Source of the DNA: Bdellovibrionota bacterium
GTDB lineage: Bacteria; Bdellovibrionota_C; UBA2361; OMII01
NCBI GenBank assembly: GCA_044337105.1
Contig: JBIIOE010000002.1
Span: 5,511 to 69,510 of the forward strand
DNA: 64,000 bases
Direction of reading: 5' to 3'
Made by a program: the position numbers and the translations under genes. The first letter of the stretch is position 1, and each line of letters opens with the position of its first letter. The notes below the pieces were generated by a model. It ran no database searches. It had not been told where the DNA came from and saw nothing but the letters and a program-made list of their open reading frames with translations. Positions 25,480-35,450 of this stretch are shown here, piece after piece.

Positions 25480-27354
25480 TTGTCTCTACTCAAGCAGTCA
25501 CACGACGTAGCGCTAGTTATTTCCGATTTGACCTTTGCTCTACCATCTCTTTTAATGGAGAAGAGTAGTGCCTCGGAATATTACATGAATTCAGACGATG
25601 GGTCCTCGTGTGTTGTCTATGATAACAGCGAAGGATGTTGGCTCTTCTTCGAGCCGCCAATTGACACGATAGTCGCTCATTCCATCGAGGATGTGAGAGG
25701 GGCGCTCGATCGTATCGAAAGCGAGTCACGAGCTCGGGGATTATGGGCCGTGGGGTGGCTCTCCTACGAAGCCGCCACAGGGTTCGATGCGGCTTTAGTG
25801 ACTAAGAAGGGCGTTAGCGATTTTCCGCTCTTGTGGTTCGGTCTTTTTCAGGCACCGCATCGGAGGCCAGATCTTGTGCCGCCGCTCGATACGGAGCCCG
25901 GAGAGTGGCTAGCTACGGTATCCGAGGACCAGTACAGGGAGTCAATCGAAAGGATTCACGCCGCAATTCGCCGAGGAGATACCTACCAAGTAAACTACTC
26001 CTTTCGGTTGCGGGCTCCAGCGCCGCGCGATCCTCGGAGCTTGTTTTCATCTATGGTTTCGGTGCAGGCCGGGGCCTATAGCGCCTACATCGATGCTGGA
26101 CGGTTCGTAGTATGTAGTGCATCGCCTGAGGTTCTCTTCGCTCGGAGAGGTGATTCGATCGAATGCGCGCCGATGAAAGGGACTATTCAGCGAGGACGTT
26201 TTGCGACGGAGGATATCCAGCGGCATAAGCAGCTACTCGAGTCGACGAAAGATCAAGCCGAAAACGTTATGATCGTCGACATGGTTCGTAACGATCTTGC
26301 TAGAGTTGCCGAGCGTGGGAGTGTAGTCGCCTCTCCGCGCTGTGACATAGAGCGCTATCCGCGGGTGTTTCAGATGACTCGCCGCGTGACCGCCAATGTT
26401 CAGCGCTCGCTCGGGGAGTTGATGCAGGCTCTGTATCCGGCGGCTTCCATTACAGGAGCGCCCAAGGGGCGTACGATGGAGATTATCGCGGAGCTAGAAA
26501 CTACCCCACGCAGGATTTATACCGGCTCTGTAGGGTTTTTAGCGCCTGATGGAAGACAGACGTTCAACGTCGCTATACGAACGGCCTTAGTCGACAGAGA
26601 GCGGGGGGAGATGGAGTATGGCGTAGGAAGCGGTATCACCTGGGATTCGCAGTGGAGGAGTGAGTACGATGAGTGTTTCGCAAAAGCTGGTGCCGTAACA
26701 AAGAAGCCACAGAGTTTCGAACTCTTCGAGACAATATTGTGGGAAGCTCGAAAGGGATACTTTCTCGAGCATCGGCACCTTCATCGACTGCAACAATCGT
26801 GTGCATACTTCGGATGGAAATTCGACGAAGGACGTGTGCGTGGTGTGCTTCAAGATATTCTTGTGGGCAATGATCCGAGCGTAGTAGCAGGACGCGTCAA
26901 GCTTTTTATCGACAAGGGCGGGTGTGTTCGGGCAGAGATATCCGACATCCCTCCGTTAGCGTCGCGCTACACTGTAGCGCTGGCGCGGCTACCAATAGAC
27001 TCGGAAGAGATCTCTTTGTTTCACAAGACTACGGATCGAGAAGCCTATGACGCCGCGACCCCCGAGGTGCCGCACGTCGAAGACGTGATTCTTTGGAACG
27101 AGCGAGGCGAGATTACCGAATCGCGAATAGCCAATATCGTTGTTGATCTCGATGGAGAGCTCGTGACCCCGCCTGTCGAGTGCGGTCTCTTGGGGGGCTG
27201 CTATCGCGCAGAGCTGCTCGAGTCTGGGGCGATCAAGGAGCGTGTGCTGCACAAGGAGACGCTGGGTCGAGCGCGAGCGGTGTATTTCGTCAATTCATTG
27301 CGCCGTATGTGGTCAGTTGAGGTGGTCAGAAGCCTGTTAAAGCCCCAGGCGTGA
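25480..27354 (+). CDS. pabBC: bifunctional aminodeoxychorismate synthase component I / aminodeoxychorismate lyase (PabB-PabC fusion)
   Basis: The N-terminal 420 aa is a chorismate-binding fold ('PMKGTIQRG', 'SITGAPKGRTMEII', 'YGVGSGITWDS'). The C-terminal about 200 aa is a class-IV aminotransferase/ADC-lyase-like fold. Confidence 0.8.
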   Translation: MSLLKQSHDVALVISDLTFALPSLLMEKSSASEYYMNSDDGSSCVVYDNSEGCWLFFEPPIDTIVAHSIEDVRGALDRIESESRARGLWAVGWLSYEAATGFDAALVTKKGVSDFPLLWFGLFQAPHRRPDLVPPLDTEPGEWLATVSEDQYRESIERIHAAIRRGDTYQVNYSFRLRAPAPRDPRSLFSSMVSVQAGAYSAYIDAGRFVVCSASPEVLFARRGDSIECAPMKGTIQRGRFATEDIQRHKQLLESTKDQAENVMIVDMVRNDLARVAERGSVVASPRCDIERYPRVFQMTRRVTANVQRSLGELMQALYPAASITGAPKGRTMEIIAELETTPRRIYTGSVGFLAPDGRQTFNVAIRTALVDRERGEMEYGVGSGITWDSQWRSEYDECFAKAGAVTKKPQSFELFETILWEARKGYFLEHRHLHRLQQSCAYFGWKFDEGRVRGVLQDILVGNDPSVVAGRVKLFIDKGGCVRAEISDIPPLASRYTVALARLPIDSEEISLFHKTTDREAYDAATPEVPHVEDVILWNERGEITESRIANIVVDLDGELVTPPVECGLLGGCYRAELLESGAIKERVLHKETLGRARAVYFVNSLRRMWSVEVVRSLLKPQA

Positions 27355-28389
27355 TTCCAGATCCTGATGTGTATACGTGATCAGTGTATCGTCACCACTA
27401 GGGCATGTTTCGGCGTTCTGTTGCGGTAGTTGTGGTGCGGCAACTCCCGAGCCGAACTGAGATGGGCTCACGAAGACGCGCGCTTCGTCCCAGAGATCTG
27501 CAGCTATGAAGCTCCTGAGGGTTCGTGCGCCTCCCTCGATAAAGAGCGAGATGAGATTACGCTCGTAGAGGCGCGAGAGGATCTGCGGAGCGATCGGCTG
27601 TTGAAAATCGATCTTCTCCCAACTGATCTGTGTGTTGCACTCTTGCTTAACGGCGTTGAAGACGATCGTCTCCGCTTCTTTATTGAAGAGATTGAGGTGG
27701 GGTGGAAGTGAAAGAGAGGCATCAATTACTACACGCACTGGATTCGGTCCGGTCACGTGGCGTACCGTTAGACTTGGGTTGTCTATTCGAGCAGTCGCAG
27801 TTCCTACGAGGATGCTCATCTCTTGAGCACGCCACTCGTGAGTCAGTGTGCGAGACGCTTCGCAGCTGATCCATTTAGAGGACCCGTCGTTGCGAGCGAT
27901 GAAACCGTCCGAAGTTTGTGCCCACTTCAGAATTACATAAGGGCGTTTGAGTCGGTGTGCGAGGATAAAGCGCTTGTTGAGTAGTGTAGACTCTCTGTGT
28001 TGAATTATCTCCGTGACTTGGACGCCCGCAGCACGCAGTTTTTCGATGCCTGTACCGGCGACCTCAGGGAAAGGATCCCGGCATCCCACAACGACTTCGG
28101 GTATTCCTGACTCTACTATCAGGTCGGCGCATGGTGGTGTTTTTCCGAAGTGCGAGCATGGCTCGAGGGTTACGTAGAGGGTAGCGTGTGAGAGCTTCGT
28201 GCGATCTTTGACGGCCCGAATCGCGTTGACCTCGGCGTGAGGGTCACCATAAAACTCATGGTGGCCCTCTCCGATAATGTGCGTGTCATGCACTAGCACC
28301 GCACCGACCATCGGATTGGGCATAACAGATCGTCCGCCCAGCGCAGCGAGCAGTAGTGCGCGATCCATGTATCGTGGGTCGATCGTCAT
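27337..28389 (-). CDS. ribD: bifunctional riboflavin biosynthesis deaminase/reductase RibD
   Basis: CMP/dCMP deaminase zinc motif 'HAEVNAI...LEPCSHFGKTPPC' followed by a RibD C-terminal reductase domain. Confidence 0.9.
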   Translation of the reverse strand: MTIDPRYMDRALLLAALGGRSVMPNPMVGAVLVHDTHIIGEGHHEFYGDPHAEVNAIRAVKDRTKLSHATLYVTLEPCSHFGKTPPCADLIVESGIPEVVVGCRDPFPEVAGTGIEKLRAAGVQVTEIIQHRESTLLNKRFILAHRLKRPYVILKWAQTSDGFIARNDGSSKWISCEASRTLTHEWRAQEMSILVGTATARIDNPSLTVRHVTGPNPVRVVIDASLSLPPHLNLFNKEAETIVFNAVKQECNTQISWEKIDFQQPIAPQILSRLYERNLISLFIEGGARTLRSFIAADLWDEARVFVSPSQFGSGVAAPQLPQQNAETCPSGDDTLITYTHQDLESRLGL

Positions 28390-28403
28390 GTTCCAATGGT
28401 CAA

Positions 28404-28799
28404 TTACGAGCGAGCCGCTGCTATCATCTCGATCTCAACGATGGCGCCGAGAGGGAGCGCGCTAATCTGAATTGTAGAGCGCGCTGGTTTGTGGGAGCCG
28501 AGCGCCTCACCATATATCTTGTTGACCGTTTGAAAGTTTGCAAGATCTGTGAGGAAGATGGTGGTCTTGACGACGTCGTCGAACGAAAGTCCGAGATGGC
28601 TCAAGACTTCCTTCAAATTGCTCAGTACCTGAGCTGTTTGCTCCTCAATCCCTGGACCAACGAGCTGCATACTCTCCGGGTTTAATCCCACCTGACCAGA
28701 TAAATAGTAGGTATCACCAGCCCTGACTGCCGGGGAATATGGGCCAACGGCCTTTGGTGCGCCTGTGATGCTCTCGAAACAGCTGATGGACTTGTTCAT
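28404..28799 (-). CDS. ridA: RidA/YjgF family reactive-intermediate deaminase
   Basis: 'APKAVGPYSPAV...YLSGQVGL' and 'AARSTIQISALPLGAIVEIE'. 131 aa. Confidence 0.9.
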   Translation of the reverse strand: MNKSISCFESITGAPKAVGPYSPAVRAGDTYYLSGQVGLNPESMQLVGPGIEEQTAQVLSNLKEVLSHLGLSFDDVVKTTIFLTDLANFQTVNKIYGEALGSHKPARSTIQISALPLGAIVEIEMIAAARS

Positions 28800-29025
28800 C
28801 GCGACCTCCTACTAAGATAATTGGCCAGAAACGTCGATACGATAGTCTGCTGAGGTTGGAGTAGAAAGGGGACTTTTTGTGCCGCGTCCGTGAATCTGTC
28901 CCGTGTCGGAGCGAGGGTCTGGTAAATACGGCGTTAATTTTCTGTTAGAATGGGGGTTTGCGGGATACAAAGGGGGCGTTTCGAGGTAAGTAGAGCAGCG
29001 TCGTGTACAGTTTCCAAGTGAAGGC

Positions 29026-29709
29026 ATGAAGGAATCCATCTTAGTCGTTGATGACGAGGACGATATCCGAGAGTTGTTGGAGTACAACCTCTCGAAGGCG
29101 GGATATCGGGTCACTTGCGTAGCCTCGGGAGAGGAGGCGGTGAAAGCGGTCGGTGTCAAAGCGCCGGATCTCGTTGTGCTCGATCTCATGCTCCCTGGTA
29201 TGGATGGGCTCGACGTATGTCGGGAGTTGAAGGGGAATCCGGCTTTTCGGGCTATTCCGGTTATCATGGTATCGGCCCGAGGAGAGGAAGCAGATGTTGT
29301 CACGGGGCTCGAGCTGGGGGCCGACGATTACCTTCCTAAGCCTTTCAGCCCGCGGGTCTTGTTAGCTCGGGTCAAAAGCGTCCTGAGGCGGGGAAAGACT
29401 CCTGCCATCGATCCGCAGGCGGCTGTGCGCTTTGAAGGGCTGGTGATTGATCCAGCTCGCCGCGAGGTGTTGCTTGACAACGCTGCCGTAGAGCTAACCA
29501 ATACCGAATTCAAGCTTTTGCATTTTCTCATGAAACAGCCGGGAATCGTGTTCACCCGCGACCAGATCGTCGATGGGGTTCATGGAGATGATTATCCGGT
29601 CACCGATCGCTCAGTAGATGTGCAGGTCGTGGGGCTTCGTAAAAAGCTCGGCTCATACGGGCGGCTGATAGAAACAGTTCGCGGAGTGGGGTATCGCTTC
29701 CGCGGATAG
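29026..29709 (+). CDS. phoB: OmpR-family response regulator (PhoB/PhoP-like)
   Basis: Receiver domain 'LVVDDEDDIRELL...LDLMLPGMDG' plus a winged-helix 'TNTEFKLLHFLMKQPGIVFTRDQI'. Directly upstream of the histidine kinase and pst genes. Confidence 0.85.
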   Translation: MKESILVVDDEDDIRELLEYNLSKAGYRVTCVASGEEAVKAVGVKAPDLVVLDLMLPGMDGLDVCRELKGNPAFRAIPVIMVSARGEEADVVTGLELGADDYLPKPFSPRVLLARVKSVLRRGKTPAIDPQAAVRFEGLVIDPARREVLLDNAAVELTNTEFKLLHFLMKQPGIVFTRDQIVDGVHGDDYPVTDRSVDVQVVGLRKKLGSYGRLIETVRGVGYRFRG

Positions 29710-29736
29710 GATGCCGTTCTTCTTCAAAGGTGCGCC

Positions 29737-31143
29737 ATGTCTCAATCTTTAGTACAAAGGTACGGGGGGCGTGTGCGTATAAATATTTCCGGTCTGACCT
29801 CTCGTTTCTTTGTTTTGGTGTTGGTTTCCCTCGCCCCGATGGCGCTCGTACTCGTTGCGTATCTCGGTGCCTCGACACTGACTGTCTCGATGTTGCTTCT
29901 GAGTATCGTGATGGCGGGAATAGGAAGTTGGATGGTGGCGGGGCGTATCGACCGTTCTCTCGAGCGTTTCGAACGAGCAACGGAGCGTCTCGCGAAGGGC
30001 GATCTCTTGGCAAAGGTGTATCCCCCCCGTATTCCGCAGTTGGTTGGTTTGGCGAACGGTTTCAACCTGATGGCCACACAGCTCAAGCAGCGAGTTGATG
30101 CTCTGACGCTCCTGAGCGGAGAGCAGGACGCAATCCTCAGAAGTATGGCGGAAGGGGTGGTGACGATTGATGCCTCAGGTCGGATTTGGAGGCTCAATGC
30201 GGCGGCTCAGCGTCTCCTCGATGTGGCAGTGCCGAGTTGGCAGGGCCGACTCGTGGCAGAGGTGATTCATCACGCAGAGGTGCAGCGCTTTATCGGTGAG
30301 GCGATCCTTAACCAAGAAGCCGATGTCGAAGTCGTCATAGTGCCTGGCCAACCCGAGCGTGTATTGCAGATATACGCCACCCCTCTCGAAGGTTCAGAGG
30401 GTGAACGTTTAGGGACTCTCGTGGTTTTTCAAGACACAACTCGTATCGCCAAGTTGGAGAACATTCGCAGGGACTTCATAGCGAATGTTTCGCATGAGCT
30501 GAGAACCCCCGTGACCTCGATCAAGGGCTTCGTGGAAACACTGCTCGAGGGTGCCAAAGATGACCCGCAGGCGCTCGATAAATTTCTTGGAATTATTGGA
30601 CATCACGCTGATCGGCTTAATGCCATATTTAGCGAGCTCCTTACCTTGGCGCGATTGGAGGCGCAGGGAGATGGAGCGCGAGTCGAGACAACGCCCTCGA
30701 AAGCGTACGAGATTGTGCAAGGCGCGCTTGAGGCGTGTCGATTCAAACTTGAAGAGCGGTCGGCAGAGGTGGAGGTTTTGGTCCCCCTGGATCTGCACGT
30801 CATGGCGAATGCCAATCTCCTCGAGCAGGCTTTGGTCAATCTTATTGAGAATGCAGTAAAGTACTGCGAAGGGGTTCCACGTCTCGTTATTCGTGGGGAG
30901 CAGGTAGCAGACACGGTGCATCTGTCGTTATCCGACAACGGCCCTGGTATCGCCAAGCCGCACCTGGCCCGGCTATTCGAACGATTTTATCGAGTGGACC
31001 AGGGCAGGAGTCGCAAGATGGGCGGCACCGGACTTGGGTTATCTATAGTCAAACACATAGCGCAGGTTCACGGGGGGGAGGTTCAGGTCGACAGTGCCCC
31101 CGGAAAAGGCTCAGTGTTTTCGATAACTCTTCAGGCGGCTTAA
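29737..31143 (+). CDS. phoR: sensor histidine kinase (PhoR-like; TM-HAMP-PAS-HisKA-HATPase)
   Basis: H-box 'FIANVSHELRTPVTSIKG', G-boxes 'LSDNGPGI' and 'GGTGLGLSIVK', and two N-terminal TM segments. Confidence 0.85.
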   Translation: MSQSLVQRYGGRVRINISGLTSRFFVLVLVSLAPMALVLVAYLGASTLTVSMLLLSIVMAGIGSWMVAGRIDRSLERFERATERLAKGDLLAKVYPPRIPQLVGLANGFNLMATQLKQRVDALTLLSGEQDAILRSMAEGVVTIDASGRIWRLNAAAQRLLDVAVPSWQGRLVAEVIHHAEVQRFIGEAILNQEADVEVVIVPGQPERVLQIYATPLEGSEGERLGTLVVFQDTTRIAKLENIRRDFIANVSHELRTPVTSIKGFVETLLEGAKDDPQALDKFLGIIGHHADRLNAIFSELLTLARLEAQGDGARVETTPSKAYEIVQGALEACRFKLEERSAEVEVLVPLDLHVMANANLLEQALVNLIENAVKYCEGVPRLVIRGEQVADTVHLSLSDNGPGIAKPHLARLFERFYRVDQGRSRKMGGTGLGLSIVKHIAQVHGGEVQVDSAPGKGSVFSITLQAA

Positions 31144-31276
31144 CCCTCCTTGATTGTCCTTCTAATAAAACTTTAACAGTAGCTTTCGTGAGAAGCGTTC
31201 CCCGCTGTGGTACAAGGACAGAACTGCGGATCGTGTCCAGATGCGCATGCAGGGTTCCAATCCGGTCGTCTGTTGA

Positions 31277-32179
31277 TTGGGTGCACAGGAGATGAGAGCA
31301 AATCGCGCCATACTTGAAAGAGGAATTGAGAGTTGGCTTTTCGCTTGCGGCGCGCTCTCTGTCGCTACGACTCTGGGCATCATCGCCGTATTGACCATCG
31401 AAAGCGCGCTCTTTTTTCAGAACGTGTCCCTCTCGCAGTTTCTATTCGACACTCAGTGGACTCCGCTCTTTATGGAGAAGCACTTTGGGATCTGGCCTCT
31501 CTTGTGCGGAACTCTGTTGACCACCTTCATCGCGGTTGCATTTTCAGTGCCGGCAGGGTTGGTCATCGCGATCTATTTGAGTGAATTCGCGTCAGAGCGA
31601 ACGCGAAAGATGCTCAAGCCGTTTCTTGAGATCCTCGCTGGTATCCCGACCATCGTGTACGGGTACTTCGCGTTGTTGTTCGTGACGCCGTTGCTGCAGA
31701 GGGTCTTTCCAGAGATGGGCTCTTTCAACGCGCTCAGTCCGGGCCTGGTGATGGGGATTATGATTCTCCCGATGGTTGCCTCGCTCAGTGAAGATGCCTT
31801 GTACACAGTACCGCGGAGTTTGCGTGAGGGCGCATACGCCCTGGGTGCCTCTAAGCTCCAGATGATCTTCGGAAGCGTGGTGCCAGCAGCGATCGGTGGT
31901 ATTACAGCGGCCTTTATCTTGGCGGTATCGCGAGCGGTTGGGGAGACTATGATCGTGGCGATAGCGGCAGGACAGCAGCCGCTCCTGCACTTTGACCCGA
32001 TACAACCGGTAGAGACGATGACTGCCTACATCGTGCAGGTTTCTCTCGGGGATATTCCTCACGGCACCTTGGAGTACCACACGCTCTTTGCAGTCGCCAT
32101 GATGTTGTTTTTGCTGACCCTGTTCCTGAATGTCGTGAGTATGATGATTCGGAACCGTTTCAAGAGGATGTTTCGATAA
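31277..32179 (+). CDS. pstC: phosphate ABC transporter permease PstC
   Basis: 6 TM helices. The EAA-like loop '[15 protein letters not shown]' is typical of PstC. Confidence 0.9.
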   Translation: MGAQEMRANRAILERGIESWLFACGALSVATTLGIIAVLTIESALFFQNVSLSQFLFDTQWTPLFMEKHFGIWPLLCGTLLTTFIAVAFSVPAGLVIAIYLSEFASERTRKMLKPFLEILAGIPTIVYGYFALLFVTPLLQRVFPEMGSFNALSPGLVMGIMILPMVASLSEDALYTVPRSLREGAYALGASKLQMIFGSVVPAAIGGITAAFILAVSRAVGETMIVAIAAGQQPLLHFDPIQPVETMTAYIVQVSLGDIPHGTLEYHTLFAVAMMLFLLTLFLNVVSMMIRNRFKRMFR

Positions 32180-33085
32180 ATGGAACACGTGGCCTCTTCA
32201 GGGACTTTGACTGCTTCAAAGGCACTCATCAAAAAGCCGCTTCTAGCACGGCCGGGTGTCGAGCTTCTTTTTGTGTGGTTCGCGCGCCTTGTCATCCTGT
32301 GTGCGGCATTGGTGCTGGTGGTTCTCGTATGGGACATCGTCGCTGATGGTTGGTCGCGGTTGAGTTTGCAGTTTTTCACCGAGTTTCCTTCGCGCAAACC
32401 GGAGCGCGCCGGGATCTATGCAGCCTGGACAGGGAGTCTTCTTCTGATTGTGCTCACGGTTGGGTGCGCACTCCCGGTAGGCGTTGGGGCTGCGCTGTAC
32501 CTCGAGGAATACGGCAAAAAGGGGAAGGTTACCAATCTGATCGAGTTGTGTATCGCAAACCTTGCAGGGGTACCCTCTGTCATCTACGGGCTCCTGGGGT
32601 TGCAGGTGTTCGTGCGCGTGTTGAACTTTGAACGCAGCATCCTCTCCGGGGCTCTGACGCTCGCGCTGCTGGTGTTGCCCATCATCATCATGGCTGCTCG
32701 CGAGGCGCTGCGTACCGTGCCCAAAGGATATCGGGAAGGGGCCCTGGCTTTAGGAGCAACCAAGTGGCAGACGGTGTGGTCGCAGGTCTTGCCGAGTGCG
32801 CTGCCAGGCATCCTTACTGGTTGCATATTGGCCTTCTCGAGGGCTGTGGGAGAGACCGCTCCCCTGGTTGCTTTGGGGGCCTTAACCTACGTAGCGACTG
32901 TGCCGGATTCGATATTTGCACCCTTCACAGCCCTGCCAATTCAGGCATTTAACTGGCTTTCTCGTCCGCAGACCGAATTTCATGTCAACGCAGCTGCGGC
33001 GATTTCCGTGCTTCTCTCCATAATGATACTGATGAACGCGTTGGCGATATGGCTCAGGTCCAGATTCGAGCGTAGGCAAAGGTAG
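32180..33085 (+). CDS. pstA: phosphate ABC transporter permease PstA
   Basis: 'REALRTVPKGYREGALALGATKWQ' is the PstA EAA loop. Start is translationally coupled to the pstC stop. Confidence 0.9.
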   Translation: MEHVASSGTLTASKALIKKPLLARPGVELLFVWFARLVILCAALVLVVLVWDIVADGWSRLSLQFFTEFPSRKPERAGIYAAWTGSLLLIVLTVGCALPVGVGAALYLEEYGKKGKVTNLIELCIANLAGVPSVIYGLLGLQVFVRVLNFERSILSGALTLALLVLPIIIMAAREALRTVPKGYREGALALGATKWQTVWSQVLPSALPGILTGCILAFSRAVGETAPLVALGALTYVATVPDSIFAPFTALPIQAFNWLSRPQTEFHVNAAAAISVLLSIMILMNALAIWLRSRFERRQR

Positions 33086-33094
33086 GGGTGTTTT

Positions 33095-33955
33095 ATGTTT
33101 GCTCAAAAGCTGTTTACGTTGAATTCTCAGTCACCGGCGGCACTGGGATTCGTGAGTGATATCGAAACGACAGGAGATGTCGAAGTGGAAGGCGCGCAAC
33201 GAGAAATCAAGGTAGATGTGAAGGATCTCGACCTCTTTTACGGCGATTACCAAGCTCTACATGGGATCAAAATCGCCATTCCCGCTCGAGAGGTTACTGC
33301 CTTCATCGGACCATCAGGATGTGGGAAATCCACATTCCTGCGCACCATGAATCGCATGAACGATCTCATCGATGGGGTCCGAGTTCGGGGAACCGTGACT
33401 ATCGATGAGGAAAATATTTATTCTCCGAGTGTCGACTTGATTGCTCTCCGTAAGAGGGTAGGCATGGTGTTTCAAAAGTCGAATCCCTTCCCAAAGAGTA
33501 TCTTCGAAAATGTCGCGTTCGGGCCGCGCATTCACGGCCTGCGTGATCAATCGAAGCTGGAAGAGATCGTCGAGAGAAGTCTTACTCGATCCGATCTGTG
33601 GAAAGAGGTAAAGGATAGACTCCACAAGAGCGCCCTGGATCTCTCCGGTGGTCAGCAACAACGTCTGTGTATCGCCCGAGCTTTGGCGGTCGATCCTGAG
33701 GTGCTGCTCATGGACGAGCCTGCGTCAGCGCTCGATCCGCGGTCCACAGCGAAGATCGAGGATCTCATTGGTGAATTGAGGTCGCAGTACACGATAGTCA
33801 TCGTTACTCATAATATGCAGCAGGCCGCGCGTGTCTCGGACAATACGGCGTTCTTTTACGAGGGGCGGCTGATTGAGTTTGGCGCAACTAAGGAGCTGTT
33901 CACCAAACCCAAGGAGAGGCAAACTGAGGACTATATTACGGGCCGCTTCGGATAA
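33095..33955 (+). CDS. pstB: phosphate ABC transporter ATP-binding protein PstB
   Basis: Walker A 'GPSGCGKST', signature 'LSGGQQQRL', Walker B 'LLMDEP'. Confidence 0.95.
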   Translation: MFAQKLFTLNSQSPAALGFVSDIETTGDVEVEGAQREIKVDVKDLDLFYGDYQALHGIKIAIPAREVTAFIGPSGCGKSTFLRTMNRMNDLIDGVRVRGTVTIDEENIYSPSVDLIALRKRVGMVFQKSNPFPKSIFENVAFGPRIHGLRDQSKLEEIVERSLTRSDLWKEVKDRLHKSALDLSGGQQQRLCIARALAVDPEVLLMDEPASALDPRSTAKIEDLIGELRSQYTIVIVTHNMQQAARVSDNTAFFYEGRLIEFGATKELFTKPKERQTEDYITGRFG

Positions 33956-33985
33956 TATTCGGTCCTTACATAGAGGAAGTTCGCT

Positions 33986-34648
33986 ATGTCGATGCATTTG
34001 CACCGCGCTATCGAGGGGTTGAAGTCGAAGATTCTCGAGCTCAGCGCGGTAATCGAAGAGAGTGTCTACAAGGCTGTAAAGGCCGTTGAGCATCGAGATG
34101 GAAAGCTGGCCCATGAAGTAATTGAGGGTGATAGCCGCATTGACCTTATGGAGGTCGAGGTGGAGGAAGAGTGCTTGAAGATCCTCGCGCTTCATCAGCC
34201 GGTAGCCACTGATCTACGTTTTATCGTTGCTGTGCTGAAGATTAACAACGATCTTGAGCGCATAGGAGATCTCGCGGTCAATATAGCTAGTCGGGCGCGA
34301 GCCTTGAGCGCAATCAAAACGGCGCCGCGGGCGCATATCGATTTTCAGGATGTCGAGGGTAAGGTTCAGCAGATGCTGCGAAGAAGCCTTGAAGCACTCG
34401 TGAATCTCGACGAAGGTGTAGCGAAGTGGGTATGCACCTCTGACGATGCTATTGATGATATCAATCGAAGTGTTCACAAACAGGTCCTTCAGGCGATACG
34501 TGAGCATCCCGATGATGTCGACCGGTTTATACTCTTGCTCTCTGTTTCTCGTAACCTCGAGAGGATAGCCGATCATGCAACCAACATCGCCGAGGATGTG
34601 TTGTACATGATTCGAGGGGAGATCGTCCGTCACTCGCGGGTGGAATAG
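33986..34648 (+). CDS. phoU: phosphate signalling complex protein PhoU
   Basis: Two PhoU repeats with 'ERIGDLAVNIA' and 'ERIADHATNIAEDV'. Confidence 0.9.
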   Translation: MSMHLHRAIEGLKSKILELSAVIEESVYKAVKAVEHRDGKLAHEVIEGDSRIDLMEVEVEEECLKILALHQPVATDLRFIVAVLKINNDLERIGDLAVNIASRARALSAIKTAPRAHIDFQDVEGKVQQMLRRSLEALVNLDEGVAKWVCTSDDAIDDINRSVHKQVLQAIREHPDDVDRFILLLSVSRNLERIADHATNIAEDVLYMIRGEIVRHSRVE

Positions 34649-34822
34649 CCGCTTCGGCTCGAGTATCTCCGACCTGTACGCAGGTTTCTTCTCCTCGGCA
34701 AACGTTGATGGCGATGTCGTCTGACTCGCAGTCGCGTAGCTCGCGTCACTTTGCGCCTTCAAGGCTACTCACCTGTATGGTAGGTATGGAATGATTTACG
34801 AATTGTATACACCCCTTAGAAG

Positions 34823-35383
34823 TTGTGTGAGCGTGGTTTGAGTGGCGAGGGATCGATGGTGATTGTGAATCGAGGCTGGCGGGTAGGTTTGATGGCGCTC
34901 GTGGTGGTAGCTCAGGTCGCGATCGCTCGCGCTGACGGACGTTTCCCTGATTTGAGGAATGGGAACACCATTGGCCAGGTTATTCAGCAGTGGGGAGACC
35001 CCAAGGAGAAGGTCGAACGGGGGCTCAAGGGGCAGGTGATTTGGTATTACCAAAATGGAGCCTACGTCCTGTTTCAGAGCGGCAAAGTCATCCGTTGGAG
35101 ATCTCCCTCAAGTGGGTCTGTGGTGGAAACTCAGCCCGTTCCGAAAGCCACCGTGGCCACTGTTCCGACGATAGCGGTCGATTCCGCCACGCGAGATTTA
35201 GTCAGGGATATCGCCCGTGAACTTCCTTCCAGCCCCGATGCGCCCTACGTAGAGCAGCCGCCCGCAGCACCGATGCCAGTGGCGCCCGGTAGCTTCGATC
35301 AGCAGAGAGTAGTGCCTCAGCCCGCCCCTGGTTTAGCGCCTGGTAATCCGATCTTGCCGTTCGGGGAGGAAGGGGAGGATTGA
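34823..35383 (+). CDS. hypothetical secreted protein with Pro-rich C-terminus
   Basis: Signal peptide 'GLMALVVVAQVAIARA'. No domain recognised. Confidence 0.4.
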   Translation: MCERGLSGEGSMVIVNRGWRVGLMALVVVAQVAIARADGRFPDLRNGNTIGQVIQQWGDPKEKVERGLKGQVIWYYQNGAYVLFQSGKVIRWRSPSSGSVVETQPVPKATVATVPTIAVDSATRDLVRDIARELPSSPDAPYVEQPPAAPMPVAPGSFDQQRVVPQPAPGLAPGNPILPFGEEGED

Positions 35384-35387
35384 GATT

Positions 35388-35450
35388 ATCCAGGGAAGCG
35401 AGGCACAACCTACCCGTAGCAGGAAAGGGTTTTGCCTCGCTCACCTAGGT
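35388..35450 (+). repeat. family-1 inverted-repeat element, minimal hairpin derivative, copy D
   Basis: CCAGGGAAGCGAGGCACAACCTACCCGTAGCAGGAAAGGGTTTTGCCTCGCTCACCTAGG lies between the convergent stops of 34823..35383 and mltA. The two ends pair directly. Confidence 0.7.

Noticed and set aside
28800-29026. Possible FMN riboswitch upstream of ridA-ribD
   Set aside because: Reading the minus-strand leader, I could not find the conserved FMN-element blocks (GGATAGGG...CCGGCGGT / ...GGTCAGCAGATCCGGT...). The region more likely holds the divergent promoters for ridA-ribD and phoB.
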